From an uncultured Spirochaetales bacterium (GTDB taxonomy: Bacteria > UBP6 > UBA1177 > JAKLFG01), in assembly GCA_964398245.1 (NCBI GenBank), contig CAYNMQ010000001.1, forward strand, positions 1 to 41,150: 41,150 nucleotides of DNA. The letters are read 5' to 3'. Numbering within the stretch: the stretch's first letter is position 1; each line of letters starts with the position of its first letter. The notes below the pieces were generated by a model, which was given only the letters and a program-made list of their open reading frames with translations, had not been told where the DNA came from and searched no databases. Position numbers and translations under genes: made by a program. Shown here piece by piece: positions 15,116 to 24,400 of the stretch.

Positions 15116-17584
15116 CTAGATGAACAGGTTCGTGTCGGCCTGTTCGGCCTGTTCGAGGTAGGTGGCGACGCCGCCGACCTCGACACCGTCGAGGAGTTCC
15201 TCTTTGGTGACGCCCATCACATCCATGGACATCTGGCAGGCGACGAGCCGGACGCCGCTTTTGCGTGCCGTCTCGATCATCTCTTCGAGCGAGGCGATCT
15301 GTTTGGAACGCATCCGGTAACGCATGAGGCGCGGGCCGATGCCGAGGAAGTTGAGTTTCGAGAGCGCAAGGCCGTATGAGGAGGAGGGGAGCATCCAACC
15401 GAACATCCGGCCGAGGAGGTCTTTGGCGACCGAGGGGGCCTCGCGCCGCTTGATGACGCTGAGTCCCCAGAAGGTGAAGAACATCGTGACCTTCCGTCCC
15501 ATCGCCGCGGCGCCGTTCGCTATCACGAACGAGGCGAGCGCCCGGTCGAGGTCGTTCGAGAAGACGACGATGGTCTTGCCCGTGCCGCCGGCGGTCGCGG
15601 TGGCGGCCGGTTGGGGAAGGCTCTCTTTGCGTATCTGGATGTCGGCAGTTATCTTGCCCTTCTCTTCGGTGAGCGCAAGGAGCCGGTTTCCGGTGACGCG
15701 GCACCACGCCTCGACATCGCGCCGGAAGCCGGGGTCGGTCGCCGTCACCGTAAGGCGCGCGCCGTCGGGCGCCGCGTCGGCCTCCTGTTTGAGGCGCAGG
15801 ATCGGGCCGGGGCACTGGAGGCCGCAGGCGTCCACGGTGATCGCCGTCGCCGCGGGGGCGGGCGGTGTTTTCGCGACGATGAGGTCGTCGGTGCCGATGC
15901 GGTCGTTCGCGAAGATGTCCTCGTTCGACTGTTTCTGCACCGCGTGTTCCCAGATCTTGTAGCCGCCCGAAAGGTTCACCGCATCGGCAAAGCCGCGCTG
16001 ACGGAAGATCCGCGTCGCGAGGTAGCCGCGCAGGCCGACCCCGCAGAAGACGACAATGCGCCGATCGCGCGGCAGTTCGCCGAGGCGGGAGCGGAGCGTG
16101 TCGAGCGGAATGTTGACCGCCCCTTCGATGGTGCCGAGGGCGAACTCCTCAGGGGTGCGGACATCGAGAAGAAAGATGTTCGAACGGTCGGCGTGGAACA
16201 GTTCATCCCAGCCGATGACATCTGTCTTCCCGTCAAGGATGTTGCGGGCAGCGAAACCGGCGATGTTGACCGGGTCCTTCGCCGATGAGTAGGGCGGCGC
16301 GTAGGCGTGCTCGAAGCGGGCGAGGTCGTCCACCGTGCCGCCGCGCTGAATGAACGCCGAAAGGACATCGAGCCGCTTGTCGGCCCCTTCATAGCCGATG
16401 ACCTGCGCGCCGAGCAGACGACCGGTATCGGGCGCGAAGGTTATCTTGAGGGTGAGCGGCAGGGCGTCGGGGTAGTAGCCGGCGTGCGACGAGCCGTGGA
16501 CGATGAGGGCGCGATGGGCGATCTTGGCGGCGCGGAGCGCCTTCTCCGAGAGACCGGCGGCGCCGACGGTGAGGTCGAAGACCTTGGCGATCGCGGTGCC
16601 GATCGCGCCGCGGTAAGGCTCGGCGGCGCCGAAGACCATCACATCGGCGGCGATGCGCGCCTGCTTGTTCGCCGGTCCCGCAAGGTAGACGGGCGCTGGT
16701 TCGCCGGTGAGCGGGCTTGTGAACTCTATCGCGTCGCCGACCGCGAAGATGTCGGGATCGCTCGTGCGCATGAATTCGTCCACGAGGATGCCGCCGTGCG
16801 GTCCGAGGGCGAGCCCCGCCTCGCGCGCAAGCCGGCTGTCTGGCCGCACGCCGATCGAGAGGATGACGAGGTCGGCGCGGAGCGTACGGCCGCTCGAGAG
16901 GGTCACCGTGAGGGTGCCGTGGTCGTCGGCGAACGACGAGACACCGTCCTTGAGGTGGAAGGCGACCGATTTGGTCTTGAGGTGCTGGTGGACGAGCGCC
17001 GCCATCTCGTAGTCGAGGGGGGTCATCACCTGTTCCGCCGCCTCGACGATGGTGGTGCGGATGCCGCGCCGGTGCAGGTTCTCGGCCATCTCGAGCCCGA
17101 TGAAGCCGGCGCCGACGACGACGGCGTGTTGGGGTCGCTTTTCGGTGATGAACGACGCGATGCGGTCGGTGTCGGCGACCGAACGGAGCGTGAAGTTGCC
17201 GGGAAGGTCTATGCCGGGAATGCGCGGACGCACCGGCTCGGCGCCGGGGGCGAGGAGCAGTTTGTCGTACCGTTCGCGAACGCGCTTGCCGGTCGCATGG
17301 TCGAGGATCTCGACCTCTTTTGCCGCGCGGTCTATCGCGATCGCCTCGTGGCGTGTTTTTACCGTTAGGTTGAATCGCGACGAGAACGAAGCCGGCGTCT
17401 GGACGAACAAGTTGTTCCGCTCGCGGATCGTCCCGCCGATGTAGTAGGGCAGTCCGCAGTTGGCGTAGGAGATGTGCTCGCCGCGCTCGAGGAGCACGAT
17501 CTCGGCCGTCTCGTCGTTGCGCCGCAGACGCGCCGCGGCGGAAGCGCCGCCCGCGACGCCGCCGATGATGAGATAACGCACCAT
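15116..17584 (-). CDS. Four-domain fusion: CoA-disulfide reductase/NADH-oxidase-family flavoprotein + rhodanese + TusA/SirA-like + DsrE/DsrF-like (822 aa)
   Basis: The FAD fold is MVRYLIIGGVAGGASAA and the redox Cys is in SYANCGLPYY (Cys43). A second dinucleotide fold is VVVGAGFIGLE. The rhodanese loop is VVFCGVGLRG, and the TusA motif is ACGLQCPGP. The DsrE-like tail reads TIVVFSNDLDRALASFVIANGAAAMG...LVACQMSMDVMG. I chose the start at 17584 because GGGAGGAATCC lies directly upstream; the track start at 17605 has no SD. Confidence 0.88.
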   Translation of the reverse strand: MVRYLIIGGVAGGASAAARLRRNDETAEIVLLERGEHISYANCGLPYYIGGTIRERNNLFVQTPASFSSRFNLTVKTRHEAIAIDRAAKEVEILDHATGKRVRERYDKLLLAPGAEPVRPRIPGIDLPGNFTLRSVADTDRIASFITEKRPQHAVVVGAGFIGLEMAENLHRRGIRTTIVEAAEQVMTPLDYEMAALVHQHLKTKSVAFHLKDGVSSFADDHGTLTVTLSSGRTLRADLVILSIGVRPDSRLAREAGLALGPHGGILVDEFMRTSDPDIFAVGDAIEFTSPLTGEPAPVYLAGPANKQARIAADVMVFGAAEPYRGAIGTAIAKVFDLTVGAAGLSEKALRAAKIAHRALIVHGSSHAGYYPDALPLTLKITFAPDTGRLLGAQVIGYEGADKRLDVLSAFIQRGGTVDDLARFEHAYAPPYSSAKDPVNIAGFAARNILDGKTDVIGWDELFHADRSNIFLLDVRTPEEFALGTIEGAVNIPLDTLRSRLGELPRDRRIVVFCGVGLRGYLATRIFRQRGFADAVNLSGGYKIWEHAVQKQSNEDIFANDRIGTDDLIVAKTPPAPAATAITVDACGLQCPGPILRLKQEADAAPDGARLTVTATDPGFRRDVEAWCRVTGNRLLALTEEKGKITADIQIRKESLPQPAATATAGGTGKTIVVFSNDLDRALASFVIANGAAAMGRKVTMFFTFWGLSVIKRREAPSVAKDLLGRMFGWMLPSSSYGLALSKLNFLGIGPRLMRYRMRSKQIASLEEMIETARKSGVRLVACQMSMDVMGVTKEELLDGVEVGGVATYLEQAEQADTNLFI

Positions 17585-17645
17585 GGATTCCTCCCGAGGA
17601 AGCAAAAAGTTGTTATCAGCAACTATAGGGACGAAAAGCGGTTTG

Positions 17646-19061
17646 TCAATGAGCGGGACCGGAAGAGGATGCGGAAGTTTCAGCCGGTTCCTTCGTGCCG
17701 ACGCCGAGGTAGGCGGCGAGCGATTTGGCGATGAGCGAGAGCATGAGCGTCTCTCGGGCGTTTATCGCGGGGACGACGCCGTTCCAATAGAGCCGAAGGA
17801 AATGCTCACCCTCGGTCTGCAGGTCGAGGAAGTTGACCGGATCTTTCTCGCCCGACGAGAAGAGAGGTGTTCCCTTGGCGTCTATCAGCGCGAAGCCCTT
17901 GATCGGCAGGTCGAAGATGAGCGCCTCCATCTCGCGGAGCGGGAGCCTCCCGATCTGGCGCACGAGCGTCTCCTCGAGAATGGTCTCGAGCCGCCGCTCG
18001 CGGCTCATGCGGTAGCGGCTGAGCAGGATGTCGAGGTAGCCCAGTTTCGTGATGATGACGATGACGACGACGGAGAATGCGGCGAGGATGAGGAACGCCT
18101 CGCGGTCCTTGAGGAACATCGCGAACAGGGCGATCGCGGTGAAGAAGACGGAGAGGCCGTAGAGCGTCATCACGACGCGCCGCTGATTCCACCCCTTCGA
18201 CAGGAGCAGGTGGTGAATGTGCTGGCGGTCGGCCATGAAGATCGGCTGGTTGCGCAGGAGCCGCCGCACGAAGGCGAGCGTCGTGTCGAGGATGGGGACG
18301 CCCATCGCCACGATGGGAACGAGCACCGATACGAGCGTCGAGTGCTTCGACGCCCCCTTGAGCGAGAGTACCGCGAGGATGAACCCGATGAACATCGAGC
18401 CCGAATCGCCCATGAATATCTTGGCCGGATTGAAGTTGTAGAGGAGAAAACCGACCACCGCGCCGGCGAGCGCCGCCGAGATGAGCGCCACGAACTCGAT
18501 CATGTTGTGAATGGCGAGCACGAAAATGGTGAGGGAGACGAAGAAGGCGATACCCGAGGAGAGACCGTCCATCCCGTCTATGAGGTTGAAGGCGTTCACG
18601 ATGCCCACGATCCAGAGAACGGTGAGCGGAAGCGAAAAGTAACCGAACTCGACGAACCCCCACGGCGTATAGACGCGGTCTATCATGAAGCCGAGGTAGT
18701 AGGCGCCGACGGCGAGCGCTATCTGGAACAGGAACTTCCACTTGGCCGGCACCCCTTTCGCGTCGTCGAGAAGCCCGAGGCCGCTGATGAGGAGGCCGCC
18801 GCCGATGACGACGATCGGGTTGGCGATCTCCTTGAAGAAGACCTCGGAGACATTGTTGTGGTAGAAGTAGAGCAGAACGAGCGGCAGGATGGTCCCCAGC
18901 GCGATGCCGACCCCTCCGATGCGCGGGATGCGACCGCGGTGGATGGTGCGCCGGTTGGTAACATCCACGAGCCCCCACTTGAGGCCGTAGTGGATGAGGA
19001 TCGGCGTCACGAACGCGACGAACCCGAACGCAATGAGGAATGCCGTGAGAAAGGTTTTCAT
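17646..19061 (-). CDS. Glycosyltransferase family 4 polyprenyl-phosphate N-acetylhexosamine-1-phosphate transferase (WecA/MraY-like) with a ~130-aa C-terminal soluble extension (471 aa)
   Basis: The protein is multi-TM with LLDD, NAFNLIDGMDGL, YNFNPAKIFMGDSGS and VPILDT.....R........ADR.HIHH. These are the MraY/WecA superfamily motifs. Confidence 0.88.
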   Translation of the reverse strand: MKTFLTAFLIAFGFVAFVTPILIHYGLKWGLVDVTNRRTIHRGRIPRIGGVGIALGTILPLVLLYFYHNNVSEVFFKEIANPIVVIGGGLLISGLGLLDDAKGVPAKWKFLFQIALAVGAYYLGFMIDRVYTPWGFVEFGYFSLPLTVLWIVGIVNAFNLIDGMDGLSSGIAFFVSLTIFVLAIHNMIEFVALISAALAGAVVGFLLYNFNPAKIFMGDSGSMFIGFILAVLSLKGASKHSTLVSVLVPIVAMGVPILDTTLAFVRRLLRNQPIFMADRQHIHHLLLSKGWNQRRVVMTLYGLSVFFTAIALFAMFLKDREAFLILAAFSVVVIVIITKLGYLDILLSRYRMSRERRLETILEETLVRQIGRLPLREMEALIFDLPIKGFALIDAKGTPLFSSGEKDPVNFLDLQTEGEHFLRLYWNGVVPAINARETLMLSLIAKSLAAYLGVGTKEPAETSASSSGPAH

Positions 19062-19227
19062 TCATCTTCCCCGCAGTAGCGCTTTATCATAGCGCGTCCC
19101 TCTGAAAAAGCAACCGTCGGCGTCGAAGGAGGGGCCTTCCGGCACTACCTTGGATGATGCTGGCGCTACTCTTGCTTCGCCGCACTGCTTTAGATAAGAT
19201 GCAACAATATACGATAACGGAGGCTCC

Positions 19228-20394
19228 ATGCCCGAGACCATCGCCGGCGGCCGCATACCGATACTTAGCTGGTGCCGCGAGATAGAACCGGGGGCGCGCG
19301 AACAGCTCGCCCACCTTGCCGAGCATCCCTTCGCGTTCCACCACATCGCGGTAATGCCCGACTGCCACGAGGGATACGGGATGCCGATCGGCGGGGTGCT
19401 CGCGACCGAGAAGGTCATCATCCCGAACGCGGTCGGGGTGGACATCGGGTGCGGTATGTGCGCGGTGAAGAGCTCGCTCGAACGGCCGCAGGCGGAACGC
19501 AGGAAACTCGAACGGTTCCTTGACGCGGTACGCCGTGCGATACCGGTCGGGTTCAATCACCACAAACGGCCGCAGGAGGAACGCTGGATGCCGCCGCTCG
19601 AGGATGATATGCCAATCGTCGAGCGGGAATACGACAGCGCGCGTCATCAGGTCGGGACGCTCGGTGGCGGGAATCACTTCATCGAGGCGCAGTACGACAC
19701 CGAGGGTTTCATCTGGCTCATGGTCCACTCGGGAAGCCGCAACATCGGGCTCAAGGTCGCCGAGCACTACAACAAGGTCGCGGGACGGGAGAACGAAAAG
19801 CGCGGCGAGCGCCTGCCGAAGAACTGGCAACTCGATTTCCTGCGCCTTCACTCGGAGGAAGGCGAGCGCTACCTGCGCGAGATGCGCTACTGCGTCGCGT
19901 TCGCCTTCAACAATCGGCGGCTCATGATGGAGCGGCTCAAAGAGATATTCACCGACACCTTCGGCGCGATCGGCTTCCTGCCGCTCATCAACATTGCGCA
20001 CAACTACGCCGAAGAGGAAGAGCACTTCGGCAAAAAGGCGATGGTACATCGCAAGGGGGCGACCAAGGCGACCGCCGGGCTCGTCGGCATCGTACCCGGC
20101 TCGCAGGGTTCTCCGAGTTACATCGTCGAAGGGCGCGGGAATCCCGACAGTTTCCAGTCGTGTGCCCATGGTGCGGGGCGCAAGATGGGGCGCCGCGAAG
20201 CGGTGAAGAAACTCAAGTTCGACGACGAAGTCTACCGCCTCGAAAAGCAGGGGATCCTTCACTCGCTGTTCCGCAAGGCCGATCTCGAGGAGGCGATGGG
20301 CGCCTATAAGGACATTTCCGAGGTCATGCAGGCACAGGCAGATCTCGTGAGGATACGGACCGAATTGAAACCGCTCGCGGTGGTAAAGGGGTAG
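19228..20394 (+). CDS. rtcB: RNA ligase RtcB family (388 aa)
   Basis: The sequence carries MPDCHEGYGMPIGGV, GVDIGCGM, GGGNHFIE, VHSGSRNIG, HNYA, HRKGAT, GS.G..SY and CHGAGR, which are RtcB metal-binding and GMP-His motifs. A GGAGG SD lies at about 19219. Confidence 0.9.
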   Translation: MPETIAGGRIPILSWCREIEPGAREQLAHLAEHPFAFHHIAVMPDCHEGYGMPIGGVLATEKVIIPNAVGVDIGCGMCAVKSSLERPQAERRKLERFLDAVRRAIPVGFNHHKRPQEERWMPPLEDDMPIVEREYDSARHQVGTLGGGNHFIEAQYDTEGFIWLMVHSGSRNIGLKVAEHYNKVAGRENEKRGERLPKNWQLDFLRLHSEEGERYLREMRYCVAFAFNNRRLMMERLKEIFTDTFGAIGFLPLINIAHNYAEEEEHFGKKAMVHRKGATKATAGLVGIVPGSQGSPSYIVEGRGNPDSFQSCAHGAGRKMGRREAVKKLKFDDEVYRLEKQGILHSLFRKADLEEAMGAYKDISEVMQAQADLVRIRTELKPLAVVKG

Positions 20395-20396
20395 CG

Positions 20397-20645
20397 ATGA
20401 CCGAGCCGATTCATGTTCCTTCCGAGCCGGAACACGGCAAGGAGAAACTCTATCGCGTTTCGTTCTCCGTCCCGGGAACGGCACCGCGCATGGTGATCGC
20501 CGAATCGCCCGAAGCGGTACGAACCCTGCTGGCCGCCGAAGGGGTTGACCTTTCGACCGTTGCAGAGGTCCGTTTTGTCGAAAGTTACTACCCGAACGAC
20601 TATAAGACGACGGCAGTGTATGGACCAGCACCCGACGAGGAGTGA
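20397..20645 (+). CDS. Hypothetical small protein (82 aa), tightly coupled between rtcB and yggS
   Basis: The ATG lies 2 nt after the rtcB stop, and the stop lies 7 nt before the yggS ATG. The frame is GC3-rich and host-like. I recognise no motif. Confidence 0.5.
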   Translation: MTEPIHVPSEPEHGKEKLYRVSFSVPGTAPRMVIAESPEAVRTLLAAEGVDLSTVAEVRFVESYYPNDYKTTAVYGPAPDEE

Positions 20646-20652
20646 ACAGGTC

Positions 20653-21348
20653 ATGGAACAGGAGATAGCCCTGCTCAAGGAGGTGTGGCGGCGGATCGGT
20701 GACGCCGCGGCGCGGTCTGGTCGCCGTGCCGACGAGGTGCGCCTGCTCGCGGTGTCGAAGGGGCAGTCGGTCGAGAAGATGCGCACCCTGCGCCGCGCCG
20801 GTGCGACGCTCTTCGGCGAGAACTATGTGCAGGAGTTCCTCGAAAAATATGAGGCGCTCCGTGACGACGACCTCCGCTGGCACTTCATCGGGCGCCTCCA
20901 GACCAACAAGGTGAAATATCTCATTGACAAGGTCGAGTGCATCCACTCGGTCGATTCGCTCAAACTCGCCGAGGAAATACAAAAGCAGGCGGAAAAGCAC
21001 CGCATCGCGAAGATGCCGATTCTCCTGCAGGTCAACATCGGCGAGGAAGAGACGAAAGGAGGAGCCGCCGCCGAGGAGACGGTGACGCTCTTCCACGCCG
21101 TCTCGACGCTCGATCGGCTCGAGGTACGCGGCCTCATGACGCTCCCGCCGTTCCTCGAACCGGAAGAGGTTCGTCCCTACTTCCGCCGCCTGCGCGAACT
21201 GCGTGACCGCATCGTACGCGAAGAGAAGGCTGATCCTACGCTCTTCCGCGAACTCTCGATGGGGATGTCGCACGACTTCGAGGTTGCCGTAGAGGAAAGG
21301 GCCACCATCGTGCGGCTCGGAACCATCCTCTTCGGCCCACGGGGGTGA
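20653..21348 (+). CDS. yggS: YggS-family pyridoxal-phosphate homeostasis protein (231 aa)
   Basis: The sequence carries LLAVSKGQ, FGENYVQE, WHFIG.LQ.NK.KY, IHSVDS, LLQVNIGEEE.K.G, L...GLMT.PP and LSMGMS.D...A.E.GAT.VR.G..LFG. I chose the ATG at 20653; the track ORF starts upstream at a TTG. Confidence 0.9.
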   Translation: MEQEIALLKEVWRRIGDAAARSGRRADEVRLLAVSKGQSVEKMRTLRRAGATLFGENYVQEFLEKYEALRDDDLRWHFIGRLQTNKVKYLIDKVECIHSVDSLKLAEEIQKQAEKHRIAKMPILLQVNIGEEETKGGAAAEETVTLFHAVSTLDRLEVRGLMTLPPFLEPEEVRPYFRRLRELRDRIVREEKADPTLFRELSMGMSHDFEVAVEERATIVRLGTILFGPRG

Positions 21349-21355
21349 ATTTCTT

Positions 21356-21384
21356 TTGACTCTCTGGGCAATGAGTGTTAGGAT
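21356..21384 (+). promoter_or_regulatory. Sigma70-like promoter (TTGACT-17 nt-TAGGAT) upstream of the outer-membrane receptor-like gene
   Basis: ttgact lies at 21356-21361 and taggat at 21379-21384. GGAGGAATAGGC precedes the ATG at 21432. Confidence 0.4.
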
Positions 21385-21431
21385 GGCTTGTTTCACTGAC
21401 GAAATGGCTCTTGGGTTACGGAGGAATAGGC

Positions 21432-24400
21432 ATGGGACGATTGCTGGTGATCTTCGTTGTGGTGCTCGGCGTCGGGCTGAGCGCTCCGCTCTACGGCGCG
21501 AAGAAGAAGTTCGCGCCCGACGAGGGAGTAGGGGAAAAGAAGAGCGAAGAAGCGGCGCCGGCTGCTGCTCCTGAGAAGGAGAAGAAGGACGAGCCGAAGG
21601 CGCCCGCGAAGAAGAAGGGAAAAAAGAAGGAAGAGGATTCCGCCTCCGCCGTTCCCGCTTCGGCGGACAAGCCCGCTTCTGCTCCCGCGGCTCCGGCGGA
21701 CAAGCCGGCTCAGGCGGCGCAACCGGCTTCTGCCGCTCCGGCACAGACTCCCCCTGCCGTTGCTCCGGCTCCGGCGGGCAAGCCAGCTCCCGCCTCTACT
21801 GCTCCGGCGGACAAGCCGGCTCAGGCGGCGCAACCGGCACAACCGGCACCAGCGGCACAGTCCGCATCGACGACTCAACCGGCACAGCCTGCTTCTCCCG
21901 CTCCGGCACAGACTCCACCTGCTACTCCCGCTTCCGCCTCCGCCGTTCCGGCTCCGGCGGACAAGCCGGCGCAGACGCCTCCCGCCGCGCAGTCGGCCGA
22001 TCTGACCGCCGCGTCGGGTCCGGTGACCCTCAAAGGGACCGTCGCCGATGCCGATACACGAAAACCGCTTGCCGGCGCGAAGGTGACGACCAACGCGTTC
22101 TTCTACCCGGCGGTTACCAATAGTGACGGCTCATTTCGTTACCCCATGCGTCTCAAGCCGGGGCGCTATACCCTAACGGTAGAGGCGAACGGCTACAAGA
22201 CATTCTCGCAGAGCATAGAAGTTCCCAAGGGGGTTACCGAACTCCCAGTCAACATCTGGCTCGCGACCGACCAGTCGCCGCTTCGTTCCATGGCGGAGCA
22301 TCCCGACGGCCGTCCCTTCGAGCCGGCCGGCGTACAGGGAGCGAAGAAGGTGTTGGGAGAAAGGGGCGCTCCAGCCACTCCGGAGACCATCCCTGTTCCG
22401 GAAAGTACGGCGGCACAGCCCGAGAAACAAGAGGAGACGGGCGGCGTCTATGTGATAACTGGTCACCTGAAGGATGCCAAGACAGGTGAACCGGTCTCAG
22501 GAGAGATAAAGATCAAAGAGCAGAACTTGCCGGTGCCGGTTGATGCCGAGGGAAAGTTCATCCTCTCGCTCAAGCCGGGCGAATACACCGTGGCGATCCC
22601 CATCGTCGGCTATGTGCCCGAGGAGAAGAAGATAACGGTGAGCGGTAACGGCGATGTGACCTGGATGCTCACGCCGGTGACCCGCGAGCACTGGTTCTAC
22701 GGCTACCACGAGAAGATGGTGAAGAGCGATGTCGCACGGATAGGCGAAACGCCCGGCGTGATCGCGGCCGCTCCGCGGCGGCGCTACGATGGCGGTCTTA
22801 CGATCGCCGGATCGCCGGCCACCGAGAGCGGCTTCTTCGTTGACGGGTGGCAGGTGCCGTTCGCGACGCACGCTCTATCCTATGAGCCGGTCATTCATCC
22901 GGCGCTCGTCGAGAAGAGCGAGGTCTCCTACGGCGGCTTCTCGCCGGCGCTCTTCGACGCGACCGGCGGCGCGGTGGCGTTCACCCTGCGCGATCCGCGG
23001 AGCGACCGTCTCGGCGGCCTGTTCGATGTGTCGATCTTCGGGCTCTCAGTCCTCGCCGAGGGGCCGTTCACCGAGAACGACCTGTTTGCGGCCACCGTGC
23101 GCAAGGGGCTCACCGACATCTTCCCGCGGTTCTTCTACGAAGCGAAGGACGGGCTCGTCTATAACGACGAGTACGATGTGACGATCGTTTACCTTCACAA
23201 ATTCCCCGGGAATCACCGCCTCCGCGTCTACGCCTTCGGCGGCATGGACAGCATCGGCCTGCGCACCACCAATCAGCGCGACGGCGTGCCGGAGCATACC
23301 GATCTTCTCGCCACGGCGCAGTCGTTCATCCGCCTCGCCACTGATTACACCTACTCCTTCACCGAACTCGACACGATGATCGCCAACCGCCTGTCGCTCT
23401 CCTACGAGAACCGCAGTTATCAGTATGCCTTCTACGCGGGTGGCGACTACGGGCTCACGACCCATCTCATCGAAGGTCTCGACGAGTTCCGCTGGCGTTT
23501 CAACGAGCATCACCTCTTCACGATCGGGGGATCGATGCGGCTCGGGTTCTTCCGTCCCGAGACCGAGTATGTCTCTCTGCCGATCGAAGGTGAGTCGTTC
23601 CCGGTCCATGTGGCCGACAAGATAGGCGATCCCGGTTACCAGCCATACCTCCATCCGACGCTTTATGCCTTCTACGATCTCACCTACGGCGGACTGCTCG
23701 TCCGTCCCGGATTCGTCTTCGGGCTCGATGCGCACAACGAAAAAGAGACGCAGTGGTTCTTCGACCCGCGCCTCGAGGTCTCTTACCGGTTCGACGACAC
23801 CATGAAATTGGCGCTTTCGGGCGGACTCTACTCCCAGCGTCCCGACTACGAGATCGCGAGCGACCGCTGGGGAACCGAGACGCTGGAGCCGGCGCATGCC
23901 GCGCACGCGGTCCTCTCGTTCGAAAAGTCGTTCCTTTCGGCCTACACCATCGCGGTGAAGGGATACTACAAATACCTCTATAACCTCTTCCGCCGTTCGA
24001 GCGCCGATCCGCTCGAATTTACCAACCTCGGGTCCGGCTACGCTGCCGGCGGCGCGCTGTCGTTCAAAATCGATCTCACCGATACGCTCACCGGTTCGGT
24101 CGGCTACGCCTTCGGGATAAGCGAGCGAAAAGATTCATCTGCCTCGGATTACCGCTCGAGCGATGCCGACCTGCCGCATGCGGTCCTCCTCGCGGCACGC
24201 TGGACGCCGGCGAAGGAGTGGGGGCTCTACGGCCGCTTCTCGCTCGTTTCGGGAGTGCCCTACTCAGCCTTCTCGGGTGCCGAGTTCGTGGACGATGGCG
24301 TCTTCAGCCGCTACGAGCCGACCCCGGTGATCGACCGCGATGGCCGCGTCGTCCGTAACGGAAAGCGGCATGGCTTCATGCACACGCTCGATCTCGGCGG

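Noticed and set aside
14676-15123. Small ORFs in the islet leader (14676..14984 plus strand, 14804..15076 minus strand, 14899..15123 plus strand)
   Set aside because: They have no SD and no motifs, they overlap one another, and their low-complexity sequences are hydrophobic or Ser-rich. I treat the region as non-coding.
19074-19171. Long-range complementarity (agtagcgc at 19075-19082 versus gcgctact at 19163-19170) upstream of rtcB, hinting at a structured leader RNA
   Set aside because: It is only an 8-bp helix, with no convincing internal structure or known riboswitch motif. In GC-rich DNA this is compatible with chance.
19087-21744. 885-aa minus-strand ORF
   Set aside because: It is antisense to rtcB, orf82, yggS and the start of the receptor-like gene. 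It is Arg/Pro/Glu-rich with no recognisable domain.
21600-22010. A repetitive region that could superficially resemble a CRISPR-like or minisatellite array
   Set aside because: The repeats are in frame inside a long coding ORF and encode Pro/Ala/Lys low-complexity peptide. There is no repeat-spacer periodicity and there are no cas genes.
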